From: Octopus bimaculoides
Taxonomy: Eukaryota
NCBI RefSeq assembly: GCF_001194135.2
Contig: NC_068987.1
Coordinates: 32,858,256-32,904,321 of the forward strand
Length of the DNA: 46,066 bases
Reading direction: 5' to 3'
Under the pieces are notes generated by a model. The model made no database searches. It saw only the letters and a program-made list of their open reading frames with translations, and was not told the DNA's origin. This document shows, piece by piece, positions 1-12,969 of this stretch. The position numbers and the translations under genes are program-made. Each line of letters begins with the position of its first letter. Within the stretch, counting starts at the first letter, position 1.

Positions 1-28
1 TATAAAAATAAAACTACAACTACTGAAC

Positions 29-120
<92 letters not shown>
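29..120. repeat. (AAT)n microsatellite
   Basis: Perfect trinucleotide run read directly. Confidence 0.98.
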
Positions 121-345
121 GGGTCTTTGGTGACAATATCAGAAGGTATCAATAGCAATAAAAAGTAAATGAGAATAGAGTGCCCGGTAGAGGTGTCGCA
201 AAACGTTTGGCTTCTTGGCATAACCAGAATCATCAAGAAAGTATCAAATTGTTGAAAAGAACAGATAGCAAAGTACTGTAGTCTGCAGGCTGCAAGTCCG
301 TTACTTATGCAAGAGAGTTCCAACACAAATTGAGTTAAAAGAAAA
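121..345 (+). mobile_element. R4/Dong-like RLE non-LTR retrotransposon, decayed 3' end
   Basis: Translates GSLVTISEGINSNKK*MRIECPVEVSQNVWLLGITRIIKKVSNC*, resembling the R4/Dong C-terminus (GALGT...QK..LLGTARILRKVL). Preceded by (AAT)n and followed by AATAATAAA(GAT)n. Confidence 0.6.
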
Positions 346-353
346 ATAATAAA

Positions 354-409
<56 letters not shown>

Positions 410-450
410 GAATAACAACAACAATAACAGCAACAACAACAATACTAACA
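354..450. repeat. (GAT)n followed by degenerate (AAC)n
   Basis: Direct reading. Confidence 0.95.
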
Positions 451-639
451 ACACCTGGAAGCTACGAAGACGTGGCACAGTTTGCAACTTCAGGTTAGGT
501 TTAATGTGATACCGACAAAGCCAGAAACATTTGGTAGCTTACTGTAAGAGAAACTACAAACCCTTGACGGTTTTTCCTACAAAGCCATAACGGAAATAGT
601 ATCGAAGACAGTGAGCAAGATGCTAGAGGGAAACAATAC

Positions 640-1400
640 TTTTCGGCAAAACTATAATCGGAGAGTGTGAAGAAAAAACGAAAAGAAGGATCTGGCCATG
701 GTTTACACTGATTGCTGGTAGGCTTTCGGGAGCATTATGTACCACTGGATCCAAGAAATACTAGTTATGAGTCAGGTAAGTAATATAATGCTACTTGAAA
801 CATGTCAGTAACAGACAAATAATTTGGGTGTTATTGACAAAAGTGGGACTAATAAAACGTGTTCCCTTCCTCAATATAAGAAGAATATTTAGAAGGACTC
901 CCTCTCTGGACATCTTTTCTGTCTTGCATAAACGTCGTTAAGCGTCATGCTTCAGAGACTTGAATGTGTATACAAATGCAGTGGTCAAATAATCAACTAT
1001 GTTTTGGATGCTTCACATGATAAACAAATGGAAACCTAACGGCAGACAGTACACAAATTTACCAAAGAAATTAAAATGAGATTTAATTTAGAAAATGTCT
1101 CAAAGCAAATTTGTTGAGAGGAAAACTAATTAAGACCATTTATATCTCACGGTGAAAATGAGGTAAGAGAATTAGACCAAACAGAGATATACAAATATTT
1201 AGGAATCAATGAACTAAACAGTGTAAAATATACTCATATGAAAGTAAAGATTAAGGAGGAATTTTGTAGACAAATTGAATTAATGATTAAAACAGAGCAA
1301 AGGCAAAGATAAGGTAATAGGCATTAAAGAATAACAAATATAGCAACATGGAAATTAAATACAATTACCACGTGCAAACAAAAATAAAACTGTTCTTTTC
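640..1400 (+). mobile_element. R4/Dong-like reverse transcriptase fragment (pseudogenised)
   Basis: Collinear motifs across frameshifts: DLAMVYTDCW*AF (~NLSMAWIDYKKAFDSV), DSLSGHLFCLA (~QGDSLSPLLFCLA), TVHKFTKEIKMRFNLE (~FSKDIGMEFGLDKC), YKYLGINE, MKVKIKEEF. Confidence 0.8.
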
Positions 1401-1419
1401 AAAGAAGCCAACAAATGAA

Positions 1420-1760
1420 AAATTTAATAGGACTATCGTCCACCACTCCCCGGCTCTTTTTACGGCCTTTCCAGGTGGTCTTAAACCACCAATTGTTTTG
1501 GTTAAGTTTAACCCTTCAAAGACGTGTTGCTTTAGAGTGTTGGAGAGCATCCAAATCGGATGTTTTGTCCATTATGCAGCCATTCAATACTTCTCTTATC
1601 TCAGTTGTTGTTATTGACCTTACAAAGCGCATAGCCTCTACTTCCTTTTCTGCCTACTACCATGACTCCTACGGGGTCCACAATCTCCAAGTTAGTGAGG
1701 TTGGGAATTTTTTGTAAATTTCCTTGAGTGAGCTGCATTTGTGACTTAACATTTAATTCG
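1420..1760 (-). mobile_element. possible RTE-like LINE 3' remnant
   Basis: Weak motifs only: KQHVFEG...RPPGKAVKR..WW (~KQ.FEG..G.RP.GRP.KRW) and EIYKKFP...LWTP..HGSR. Confidence 0.3.
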
Positions 1761-1991
1761 GTCCACTTTTTGTGTCATCTAACATAAACATTTTCCTAAA
1801 TAGGACGGTATGAGGACATATTATCTTCAGCAGATCAAGTAACTGTGACTATTTTTACAATCTCTTCTTTGTTAGGGTAAAGGACATCTACTGTTCCAAA
1901 TAATTTTCCTTTTCTTTGATGGTTCACTGATTCTCACACTTCCTTCAATCATTTCTCACCTTGTGCTTGTGCTTGATTTTCGATCATTTTT

Positions 1992-2261
1992 CATATCTAT
2001 GTGTGTGTGTGTCTTTGTGTCTGTTTTTGTCGACTGTCACCGCTTGGCAACCAGTGTTGGTCTGTTTACGTCCCTGTGACTTAGCTGCAAAAGTGACCAA
2101 TAAAATGACGTGGAGCTGTTCGAGTAAAACCTTACAAGGTGATGCTCCATCATAGCCGCACTCAAATGACTCAAATAAACAAAAGTTAAAAGATTTCTGA
2201 ACCTCGGGTCAACCAATTACATTTATGGGAATTCTGCGAGAAGGAATCTCCAATAACTCAA
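1992..2261 (+). repeat. 270-bp direct duplicate of 6364-6633 (SINE 3' half plus flank)
   Basis: Aligned by eye: same length, one visible mismatch (CAATAAC vs CGATAAC). Confidence 0.95.
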
Positions 2262-3002
2262 GCTGTCTCTAGCTGTCTCCTCCTTTTTATTTTTTAAATT
2301 TTTCTTCCTGGAGAAGTACGATCAAACACGGCATTGTCGGGTCCTCTAGTTGAAGTCCGAGTTGTCTTCCAACGTTATATTAACCCACATCTGCGTTACA
2401 GTAGCAAAAGACAGTCCTGGTTTTGAGGTTGTTTTGGATTTATTGTTGTTTCTATTGATGTTGTTATCGTCGTCATAACCGTTGTTGTTAGTGGTGCAGG
2501 TACTGTTTTCATTCGTCGTTCTTGTTTTCCTTGTTGTTGTCAGTGTTGCTGGTAGTGGTGACGATTGCGTTAGTAAAGTTGATTCGTTTGTTTTTGTTTT
2601 GCTGCTCTTATTATCATTCTTCGTGTTGAAATTTCGAGAGAAACAGTGGGGCGTCCCTTTATGTTTCATTTCAGGTACAGTTGACTGACATCCCTTTCTG
2701 GCAGAATTAGCTGGTGTTAACAGGCTAGTACAGGAATTTAGACCCATTTTCATCTATTACAACACATATGTTGCTTGGCAAAGATTTCGCCATTTTGGCA
2801 TATGCTTACATGTTTGAAAGAGAAAATAGAGAATTGGGAATTGGTATATAAACGTATTCTGTACATAAAACGTGAAAGTGCGTGTTTCTGCAGATTTTCT
2901 GTCACCTTAGGAAGGCAAGTGTAAGAATTTTATAAGATTCATTCGGAAAAGTAGAGGAAAATAAAGTAAAGACTTACCAACATAAAATCAGTGTAGTTTT
3001 CA

Positions 3003-3064
<62 letters not shown>
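3003..3064. repeat. (AAT)n microsatellite
   Basis: Direct reading. Confidence 0.97.
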
Positions 3065-3065
<1 letters not shown>

Positions 3066-3384
3066 GCAACAACAACAGTAACATCTCATAAATTGTAAAT
3101 TGTATATTAGATTGATTGTGTGTGAGTGCGCACCCACTTACATTCACTCGCATATAAACACACATAATCGTTATTACTGCTGTATACGAATGTGTTTGTC
3201 TCCTTGCCAACGGCATCAAGACAAAGAGCATAACGGACGAAGATGAATTTAAACATCATCATTTTAAAGCTCTTATAAGTTTCGATACTGTATATAGGCG
3301 ATCAATAAATGGATACTAGAACAACATATAACTAGATAGAATATACATGGAATATTAAAAAAAAGTCGATTAGAAAAATACAAA

Positions 3385-3385
3385 T

Positions 3386-3458
<73 letters not shown>

Positions 3459-3562
3459 CACATATATATGTATGCACATATATATATATATATATGCATA
3501 CATGTTTACATGCAGGCACACACAAGCATACAATATCTCCCTCTCTCTCCTTCTCTCTCTCT

Positions 3563-3593
<31 letters not shown>

Positions 3594-3595
3594 TT
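3385..3595. repeat. compound (CA)n/(TA)n/(CT)n microsatellite
   Basis: Direct reading. Confidence 0.9.
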
Positions 3596-3689
3596 AACCA
3601 TCTAGACAATATCAGCACACACAGTAGCAGAAAACATTAAATGATGATGTTGTAAGTCGAGGCCATAAAATGTGTGCATTGCAATTTAT

Positions 3690-3960
3690 TTGGTGTTGTT
3701 GTAAGTAGGAGAAACAGAGATGGAGGTGTTACAGTAGTAATTATGATAGCGATAATGAGAAATTACATTCACCTAGCTGTTGAATTAAAAACATTATGGC
3801 AATTAAGAAATGTGTTTATAATCCCATTTGTAATTAGTACAGCTGAAGTAATACACAAATATTTCTGTAATGATACTGGCAGATTACCACAGATATATTC
3901 TAGAAAGTAGCAATACTACGACCTGTAAACATTCACACGGAGAATTTGTGAAACTTGAAT
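3690..3960 (+). mobile_element. R4/Dong-like RLE C-terminal fragment
   Basis: RNYIHLAVELKTLWQLRNVFIIPFVISTAEVIHK (~EK..KY.DLA.EIKRLW....IIPIVIS..G.I.K), then after a frameshift KVAILRPVNI. Confidence 0.7.
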
Positions 3961-4104
3961 GGTTCTTGTTAACATTTAATGTGGTTGTTAGCGTTCAAAA
4001 CTCATACGCATTTTTTCTGAGATGTTCCTAATACTTTTTTCAGAAAGAAAATTTGTTGATTAAAGATAGTGATGATGGTTACGATAAAAAGAATTTTCTG
4101 GTAT

Positions 4105-4240
4105 ATGTACAAAGTTAGAAGATTGGAAGGGATGGGATTAATGGATCCCCTCAACACAATGTGCTTGACTGGCACTTTATGATATTGATTTCGGAGAAAG
4201 GAAAGGCAAGGTTTTGCAACGTTTCTTTCAGCACACCCCA
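4105..4240 (-). mobile_element. degraded SINE (GGCAGAAACGTT... family)
   Basis: Resembles the reverse complement of the body and tail of the 41144-41355 element. Confidence 0.45.
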
Positions 4241-4329
4241 AATTAAGAATAATTTTTTTTAACATATGCTCAAAATTCAACATTATTGTGATGATGCTAT
4301 CTGGGAATAGCGTATCCTAACCACTCCAA

Positions 4330-4850
4330 AAATTCTCTCTTAGCGTCCCTATCTACTTTTGTAATCTTGTGTTCATCTGTATAGAACCTAATCTGTACGC
4401 TCAATTACCACTTCATTCTATTGACATCATTTTCAAAAATTAGAGCACCTATTGCTCTAATTTCCTTTTTTAAACTTTAATCCAGAGACACAATTTTCAC
4501 TGTCAGACTTAGTCTAATTACTGTAAGTGAAATTTGACAATCTAAACAATTGCTAAAAATCACTTTGTAAGCCCTGATATGTTAATTCGACCTGGGTCGT
4601 AGAAACATCTTCCTAAAGTCTTTTGATGCATCTTAAGTCGAAACATCAGATATTTCTCCAATGTTCTTCGTACTAAAACATATAACCAACAAATATTCTT
4701 TGGTGTCATGTTTCCGGAATAGGTAGTCATCTGTACTGAGTTTACACTTTTAACACTGTTCCTCCAATATATATATAATAATTTTAACAGGATAATCAGA
4801 ACAGATAGGCAGTGAAAATTTTTTAACGCCATAGCTAAGAATGTCAAATT
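4330..4850 (-). mobile_element. possible Mutator-like (MULE) transposase remnant
   Basis: Translation gives LVICFSTKNIGEIS (~ILIF.T..NL..LS), IRAYKVIFSNC (~INAFK.VFP.C) and KKEIRAIGALIFENDV (~R.L.ALAFLP..DV). Catalytic residues not recognisable. Confidence 0.35.
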
Positions 4851-5022
4851 ACTTTCAGTAAATATGTAAAAGATATATTGAAAAGGATGAGAGATGAAAC
4901 GATTCCAATTAACTTTTAAAAGACGTAGTCAATGGGGATTCTGCAATTCCATTAACATTTAATGAATGGAAAGAGAACAACTCCATTTTAATGGAATATT
5001 TATGACCAAAGGATAAAGAGTA

Positions 5023-5133
<111 letters not shown>

Positions 5134-6220
5134 AAATCTTAGACTACGGAAAGGAGATATATCCACCTCAAAATGTCATTGCTTTTACTGCAGAAAACAG
5201 TTTTTTTTTTATATACCTACTTTTATTGAGGTATGCCATATTTGAAACTGTTTCCTGTTGATGTGTGTCAAGTTTATTTAGGCAACGGGATTTGCAGAAA
5301 ATAACAATTCTATTTCACTTTTATTAAATGCTTAACATCATTACTGGAATACTCACGAAATTTCAATTCGTAGTTAGAGAAATAAAGAAGGTACAACGAA
5401 GTACCTGATCACACGGTGGAGAAATATACTCCGATAAACAAGGAAACACCACTATATATCCTTTACCTGGCTACAATGTAGTAGGTATATAAAGCGGCAT
5501 GACAACGGAAAGAACCCAGTAATCTATATAGACTCTCGTATATACATTTACTGTGACATTGCTGTCGTAAAGATCTGATCTCTAATTTTTATGAGAAGCT
5601 ACGAAGTTTTAGCGGATGTGTGTAGATTATTTTATAATAGGTGTTTATTACTTATCAAACTGAAAGATGAATGAAAAAGATTTCATCTGAAATTCGTGCG
5701 ATAAAAGCAAAACAGGGTGAGAATTTAACCTCGCCATCTGTTTGCGAAGATTATACATCACGCTTGAATATTTTGAAATAGCAGCCATTTCTACATTTAC
5801 ACCTATGCACACGATCTAAAAAGGAAACACTCGTTAATCTTTCCAGTGTACGCAGTGCATGAATAAGATAGTGGATGGTTATGAGTGAAATACCTTTCAT
5901 TGTCGGTCTAACCAACAGCAAAAAAGCAATTATTAATTCATAATGCAGTGGGCCTACACAAAGCCACGTACTACACTAGAAACAATAGCTAAATATCTGC
6001 CAAATTACAGCAGACGTTCAGACACACTAGATCAGAAGTGACAGATAAAATATTTTTGAATTAAAATAGTCACAGCTGGAATCTCTTCCACCATTGATCC
6101 TCTGTTATGGGACATTCTGTGGCTAGAACGTTAAACATAAGAAAAGCAAAGTAGACGTCAGTGGAATTTGAAATGATTGCTACATATTTTAACATTCAAT
6201 CCTGCTGTGCATCATTTTGT

Positions 6221-6565
6221 GCAAGCTTGCTTCCCAACCACATGGTTCTGGGTTCGTCCCTCTGCATGTCACCTTGAATAGATGTCTTTTACAATAGCCT
6301 CAGGCCAACTAAAGCTTTGTGAGCGGATTTGGTAGAGGGAAACTAAAAGAAACTCGTCGTATACATATCTATGTGTGTGTGTGTCTTTGTGTCTGTTTTT
6401 GTCGACTGTCACCGCTTGGCAACCAGTGTTGGTCTGTTTACGTCCCTGTGACTTAGCTGCAAAAGTGACCAATAAAATGACGTGGAGCTGTTCGAGTAAA
6501 ACCTTACAAGGTGATGCTCCATCATAGCCGCACTCAAATGACTCAAATAAACAAAAGTTAAAAGA
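6221..6565 (+). mobile_element. bipartite tRNA-derived SINE (head, central GT microsatellite, 3' domain)
   Basis: Head GCTTGCTTCCCAACCACATGGTTCTGGGTTCG with a B-box-like GGTTCG, central (GT)n and a tail ending AAAAGTTAAAAGA. Other copies of head or tail occur at 8400, 20600 and 39745. Confidence 0.8.
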
Positions 6566-6699
6566 TTTCTGAACCTCGGGTCAACCAATTACATTTATGG
6601 GAATTCTGCGAGAAGGAATCTCCGATAACTCAACGGAAGTTTCTTCGTTTGTGTTAATAGACGTGGTTCATCTCTCTTCTGGCCATGGTCTACATTTCA

Positions 6700-7060
6700 G
6701 GAAATTCAGTCCTGCAAACATTTGAGGTAGTTCATTGGCCTGAAATTTAAAATCAAAGCATTCCTTCGTAGCGGGTTTGAAGTCTCTGACAAATGTGTAA
6801 AGGATGGTGTCTCTCTTTCTCTAACGATGACATAAAAAGAAGAATGCAAGCTTAATTTCTCAAATATCTGTCCAATATAATATCCGATCTCTATGGTCAT
6901 GTTGAATATTTTAGCTGCTAATCGTTTCCTAGTAAGCGGATGCGGGGGAGTACATATATATTCACTATCATTACGGTGTATTGTGAACAAAACTATAACT
7001 TGAAACGAAGATACGGCATAGTCATTTAGTGAAACTTGTCGGTAGTTATTACCACGACAC
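6700..7060 (-). mobile_element. Penelope-like element, GIY-YIG endonuclease remnant
   Basis: ORF 6706-7062: KIFNMTIEIGYYIGQ (GIY-YIG-like) and terminal NALILNFRPMN (~E...I..F.P.LN). Confidence 0.5.
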
Positions 7061-7133
7061 ACGCTCGATATTTACCTAATGTAAAGGAAAGGCTCTCCAA
7101 TCTNNNNNNNNNNNNNNNNNNNNNNNNNNNNNN

Positions 7134-7179
<46 letters not shown>

Positions 7180-7358
7180 ATATATTATATAGATATAATA
7201 TACAAATGCATATATATATAATATATTATATATTATATAAATGTATATATATTATAAATCATATGTATATAATACACACACATACATATATATACATATA
7301 TATACATATATATACATGTGTATATACACATATATATATATGTATATATGCATATATG

Positions 7359-7436
<78 letters not shown>
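7134..7436. repeat. degenerate (TA)n low-complexity tract
   Basis: Direct reading. Confidence 0.95.
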
Positions 7437-7437
<1 letters not shown>

Positions 7438-8183
7438 TATACAATGATGTTGACATATAGAAACGTCGGCACATTCCAACACGCATTTATACGCACAGTA
7501 TATACATACATGCAGACAGACACATATATACCGGTAGTTGTACATATATGTGTGAGTGTATATATGTGTGCATGTATGTGTGTGCGAGTGCGTGCCCGCG
7601 TGTATGTTGGGTGGTCGTACGTCTATTCCTAGTAACCGTTCATTTTATAGAAATTACAGGAAAGAAAATATACTTGTCGACAATTGTTACTCAGATTTTC
7701 AGTATTCTTCCCGTTCTTTCTATCTCAACCCATGATAGGTCTCTTCTCTTCAATTATCGGTTAAGATTTCCTACCTTAATCTTTATGTTGCAATCGATTT
7801 TTAACATTTTCAACAAAAAAGTTAAAAAGAGAGTAAAATTCAGAGCATTCGTTAATTCTATATTCTACATTTTCCAAAATGTTCTCTATATGAATTAGAT
7901 CCATTACATTCGTCGCTAAGATATATTAGAGGGGTAAAAAAATTACAAAAAACAAAAAAGACTATATTAATATTTTTCAAAAATATTTTAGAAAATGATA
8001 AACTTTTTTTGGGGGAAAATGGGGAATATTTTCTTGAGTTACATGAAAAAATGTGTACGTGTGTGTATGTGTGTATGTGTGTATGTGTGAATGCGTGTAC
8101 ATAAAACATTTATATGAATGTGTATATTTACTTGAACAACTATCTGTCTATATCTATCTATTTATCTATCTATAATATATACT

Positions 8184-8187
<4 letters not shown>

Positions 8188-8261
<74 letters not shown>
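8188..8261. repeat. (GT)n microsatellite
   Basis: Direct reading. Confidence 0.97.
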
Positions 8262-8265
<4 letters not shown>

Positions 8266-8399
8266 AAAGTGTCTAAAGAAGAAATAAAAATGAAACAGAA
8301 ATGAAACCTAACTTTTCCCATAGATACCATCGACTTCTCCATTGAAACTGCATCGAAGGCAAAGACATCTAGATTCTCTCGAAAGTTTCAACTTCAATT

Positions 8400-8602
8400 A
8401 CCCATCACTTGATAACTGGTGCTGGTGTATTTACGTCCCTGTAAATAAGCTGCTCATCAAAAGAGACCGATAGAATACGTACCAGACTTTTAAAAAATAA
8501 ATAATGGAAGGTACTGGGGCCAACTCATTTAATAAAATTTAAAGGCAGAGTCCCAGCATAACCGCAGTCTAGTTACTGAAATACGTAAGAGATAAAAGAT
8601 AA
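8400..8602 (+). mobile_element. SINE 3' domain
   Basis: TTTACGTCCCTGTAA...AAAAGAGACCGATAGAATA...GATAAAAGATAA, homologous to the 6400-6565 tail. Confidence 0.75.
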
Positions 8603-8714
8603 CACTAATTCACTTGGCTTACATGAAGATATCGTATAGGATAAATATTACTGAGTGAATGAGTTTCTCGTATATGATGGTATTGTTCGCTCACCATTTG
8701 ATAATAGTTGACCT

Positions 8715-9000
8715 CATGTTGTAGCTAAATCTATCTGAAACACTCAATGTGGACGGAAATGTCATAGAAAAGGTGACAGGCTAGGTGTCAACCTCTTTGC
8801 TCACATGTCTGCTCGTCAGAATCATCTGGTGATAATAAAACAGAACAAGGAAAGGGATACGAAATTCTCTGCTGCTACCCTAGACTATAAAACAGTATCT
8901 AACGTGGGCACATCACCTTTTATTTGTAGATGGATACAATTAAATAGTTTCAATAAAACTGATGTGACAGTCCCTAGATGGAAACCTCTGCAGGATTTGG
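8715..9000 (+). mobile_element. LINE (RTE-like) reverse transcriptase fragment
   Basis: ETQCG..RKG (~ESQCGFRKG), RQNHLVIIKQNKE, AATLDYKTVSNV (~AF.DY.KAFDSV). Confidence 0.4.
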
Positions 9001-9288
9001 AGTGAGAATGGAAAGAGTTGTAACTAAATAACGCGAAGCTTTTTGTTTCAGGCCATTTCTTTTTATATAACTCGAGATAATGATAGCATAGGAAACAAGA
9101 CTAAGCACCAGTAGAAACGTAAATTTATCAAATGCTCTATGCTCTGTTATTTCGTCCAATGTGCGTTTGCATTGCGATCAAAATCGGGCGAAAGTAGATA
9201 TAAATGCGACTGCGTATTTGTGTGTAAGTGCATATATACAAGTTTACACACCAACTAAAAATATACACACAAATACACCCTCACACAA

Positions 9289-9344
<56 letters not shown>

Positions 9345-10237
9345 NNNNNNNNNNNNNNNNNNNNNNNNNNNNNNNNNNNNNNNNNNNNNNNNNNNNNNNN
9401 NNNNNNNNNNNNNNNNNNNNNNNNNNNNNNNNNNNNNNNNNNNNNNNNNNNNNNNNNNNNNNNNNNNNNNNNNNNNNNNNNNNNNNNNNNNNNNNNNNNN
9501 NNNNNNNNNNNNNNNNNNNNNNNNNNNNNNNNNNNNNNNNNNNNNNNNNNNNNNNNNNNNNNNNNNNNNNNNNNNNNNNNNNNNNNNNNNNNNNNNNNNN
9601 NNNNNNNNNNNNNNNNNNNNNNNNNNNNNNNNNNNNNNNNNNNNNNNNNNNNNNNNNNNNNNNNNNNNNNNNNNNNNNNNNNNNNNNNNNNNNNNNNNNN
9701 NNNNNNNNNNNNNNNNNNNNNNNNNNNNNNNNNNNNNNNNNNNNNNNNNNNNNNNNNNNNNNNNNNNNNNNNNNNNNNNNNNNNNNNNNNNNNNNNNNNN
9801 NNNNNNNNNNNNNNNNNNNNNNNNNNNNNNNNNNNNNNNNNNNNNNNNNNNNNNNNNNNNNNNNNNNNNNNNNNNNNNNNNNNNNNNNNNNNNNNNNNNN
9901 NNNNNNNNNNNNNNNNNNNNNNNNNNNNNNNNNNNNNNNNNNNNNNNNNNNNNNNNNNNNNNNNNNNNNNNNNNNNNNNNNNNNNNNNNNNNNNNNNNNN
10001 NNNNNNNNNNNNNNNNNNNNNNNNNNNNNNNNNNNNNNNNNNNNNNNNNNNNNNNNNNNNNNNNNNNNNNNNNNNNNNNNNNNNNNNNNNNNNNNNNNNN
10101 NNNNNNNNNNNNNNNNNNNNNNNNNNNNNNNNNNNNNNNNNNNNNNNNNNNNNNNNNNNNNNNNNNNNNNNNNNNNNNNNNNNNNNNNNNNNNNNNNNNN
10201 NNNNNNNNNNNNNNNNNNNNNNNNNNNNNNNNNNNNN

Positions 10238-10490
10238 GTCAGAAGGGCCGCCGGCTGGCTGATCGGTTCACCGAAAATCTACGAGAGGTTCGGCTACGTA
10301 TGAACACCCCGTTGCCCGTTATTTCCTCTAGGCCAATCACTCCAACTCTAATATCTCCGTTTTTGTCCTCGCCCTACGCCACGGATCCACACACTCCCGA
10401 CTCTGCCTGGAACAGCGTTACATTTTTAGTCTATAAAAACAAACTCCTTTCGGACTTAGCACAACCCCACTCCTCTTAGTGACTTTCTCT
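10238..10490 (+). mobile_element. Penelope-like element, GIY-YIG C-terminal part
   Basis: QKGRRLADRFTENLREVR...HPVARYF..NHS..ISVF...SRLCLEQRYIFSL..TPFGL matches the PLE endonuclease C-terminus. The 5' part runs into a gap. Confidence 0.85.
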
Positions 10491-10802
10491 ACACCCTCCT
10501 TAAAAAACGACTTTTATCCTATCTTACATTCACACACTTTTTTACACTTTTATTCCATTTTTTCGATTTTTCATCGTTGTTTTCTGTTAAATTTTTTGAT
10601 CGTATTATTTTAAAAAATTTTAAATTTTATTAATTTTTTATAATTGTATTAATTTCTATTCTATTCCTTTAATTCTTATTTTTAATTTTGTATCTGATAT
10701 TTTTATGTATTTTTCTCTTCATTAATTTCATTTTTTCATCTTGTACACTTTCCCCTTTTTTCTTTTATTATTAATCTTATTGTATTATATTTTATTTTAT
10801 TT

Positions 10803-11530
10803 CTGCATACACACACATTTACCTACACACACGTACATATACACACACGCGCACACATATACGCACGAGCACACACATGAACGCACATATATTTCGCATA
10901 TACCTCCCACAAACACCACACACACACATACATGCACACACTTACACGTACGAGCATGCATGTGAGCATGTACGTGCATACATGCACACAGACATATACA
11001 CACGCACATACATGCGCATACACGTACACACGCACGCACACACACAGGAACGCATATATACCTCCACACACAGAACCCTAGGCGCACACTAAAATATACA
11101 CACGCGCACACACGCATACACATGCATACATACACACAGACGCACACATGCATGCATGCGCACACACATGAACGCACATATACCTCCCACACACACAACA
11201 CACACATACATGTACACACACCGACGCACAAACACGTACACACACAAGTGCACATACACACACACGCACATACGTGTGTACACACACACCACCCGGACAA
11301 TTATAACACTACAATCATACACAGAGAGACACATACTCATGTGCATGTACACACCACCCTGATCAACACAGCACACACATACACAGACCCCCCCCACATA
11401 CACACACACACTAGTCAAAAAATCCATACACATAGACAAGTATATATATATCTATACACGCATACACATAGAACCGTGCACACACTCACACACACAGCCA
11501 CGAACTTACAAGCATACACACACGCTCACA
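10803..11530. repeat. cryptic CA-rich minisatellite
   Basis: The block GAACGCA(C/T)ATATA..CCTCC recurs at ~10879, ~11048 and ~11170 within CA/TA-rich sequence. Confidence 0.85.
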
Positions 11531-12624
11531 CCATCTTGATCTCTAAGACCAGTNNNNNNNNNNNNNNNNNNNNNNNNNNNNNNNNNNNNNNNNNNNNNNN
11601 NNNNNNNNNNNNNNNNNNNNNNNNNNNNNNNNNNNNNNNNNNNNNNNNNNNNNNNNNNNNNNNNNNNNNNNNNNNNNNNNNNNNNNNNNNNNNNNNNNNN
11701 NNNNNNNNNNNNNNNNNNNNNNNNNNNNNNNNNNNNNNNNNNNNNNNNNNNNNNNNNNNNNNNNNNNNNNNNNNNNNNNNNNNNNNNNNNNNNNNNNNNN
11801 NNNNNNNNNNNNNNNNNNNNNNNNNNNNNNNNNNNNNNNNNNNNNNNNNNNNNNNNNNNNNNNNNNNNNNNNNNNNNNNNNNNNNNNNNNNNNNNNNNNN
11901 NNNNNNNNNNNNNNNNNNNNNNNNNNNNNNNNNNNNNNNNNNNNNNNNNNNNNNNNNNNNNNNNNNNNNNNNNNNNNNNNNNNNNNNNNNNNNNNNNNNN
12001 NNNNNNNNNNNNNNNNNNNNNNNNNNNNNNNNNNNNNNNNNNNNNNNNNNNNNNNNNNNNNNNNNNNNNNNNNNNNNNNNNNNNNNNNNNNNNNNNNNNN
12101 NNNNNNNNNNNNNNNNNNNNNNNNNNNNNNNNNNNNNNNNNNNAAAAACATATTTCCTGAAATTGCAAATTATTTAAAATATAAAAATATAATTTTCAAC
12201 AGAGAGAATTTATCAAAATAGAAAACAAATGAAGTTTGAAGTTAAAAAATAATAGGATCGACCACTCACGACTAGCTAGCGCGGACGCGCGAACATTCGA
12301 GTAATAGATAGATAGATATAGAGAGAGAGACAGACAGACAGACATATAGCTCGCTCCGGCCAGTCAGTAGTCAAAGAATTGACAGGCCAGCAACAGGCAG
12401 GCAGACAGACAGATACTTCACTAGCAGTGAGCACTTTCACTTCTGACAGCTAATAGCATGATAGTGCCGAAAAAAGATTGGTCATTTCTCTAAAATTCTG
12501 TATAAATACTTAAATATGCAATAATAAATCTCTGAGCAAGGTATACACACTAGTATACACACTAGCTGTATGTATACGCACAAGGTATGCACACTAGCTG
12601 TATGACGTCGTGAAGTATATTTCC

Positions 12625-12969
12625 CTTTAAAATGTGACTAACCCTTACTGATGGATGTTACTGTAGCTTGTAGCCTCAGGAAGACATTTCCACCAGCCGG
12701 CTATTGACACACTTTCTGTACCCTAGCAGTATTTGCAAACGGAAGTCATCCTTCCCATCTTCAGCCTGACGTGATACACATGGACCCGGGTTTCTGGGTA
12801 TTGACCCGTCATCAGCGTGTGACAATCACCGGTTGTCGATGTGAAGTGCTTTCCTGATGCAAATACATATGGAAATACTGATAGGGCACAGAAAGTGCGT
12901 CAATAGCCAACTGGAGGAGGTGTCTTCATGGGGTTACAAGCTATAGTAGCATCCACCCGTAAGAGTTAG
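12625..12969. mobile_element. MITE with ~100-bp terminal inverted repeats
   Basis: 12640-12740 (AACCCTTACTGATGGATGTTACTGTAGCTTGTAG...CAGTATTT) is roughly 80% identical to the reverse complement of 12875-12968. The right terminus appears slightly truncated. Confidence 0.85.

Noticed and set aside
1790-1930. BEL/Pao integrase C-terminal-like peptide (minus, FGTVDVLYPNKEEIVKIVTV...SYRPI)
   Set aside because: Short, interrupted by stops, with no other LTR-element motifs nearby.
2346-2753. Thr/Asn/Lys-rich 135-aa ORF and overlapping hydrophobic ORF
   Set aside because: Produced by a degenerate (GTT)n low-complexity tract; no domain similarity. The same applies to 30716-31306 and 43333-43681.
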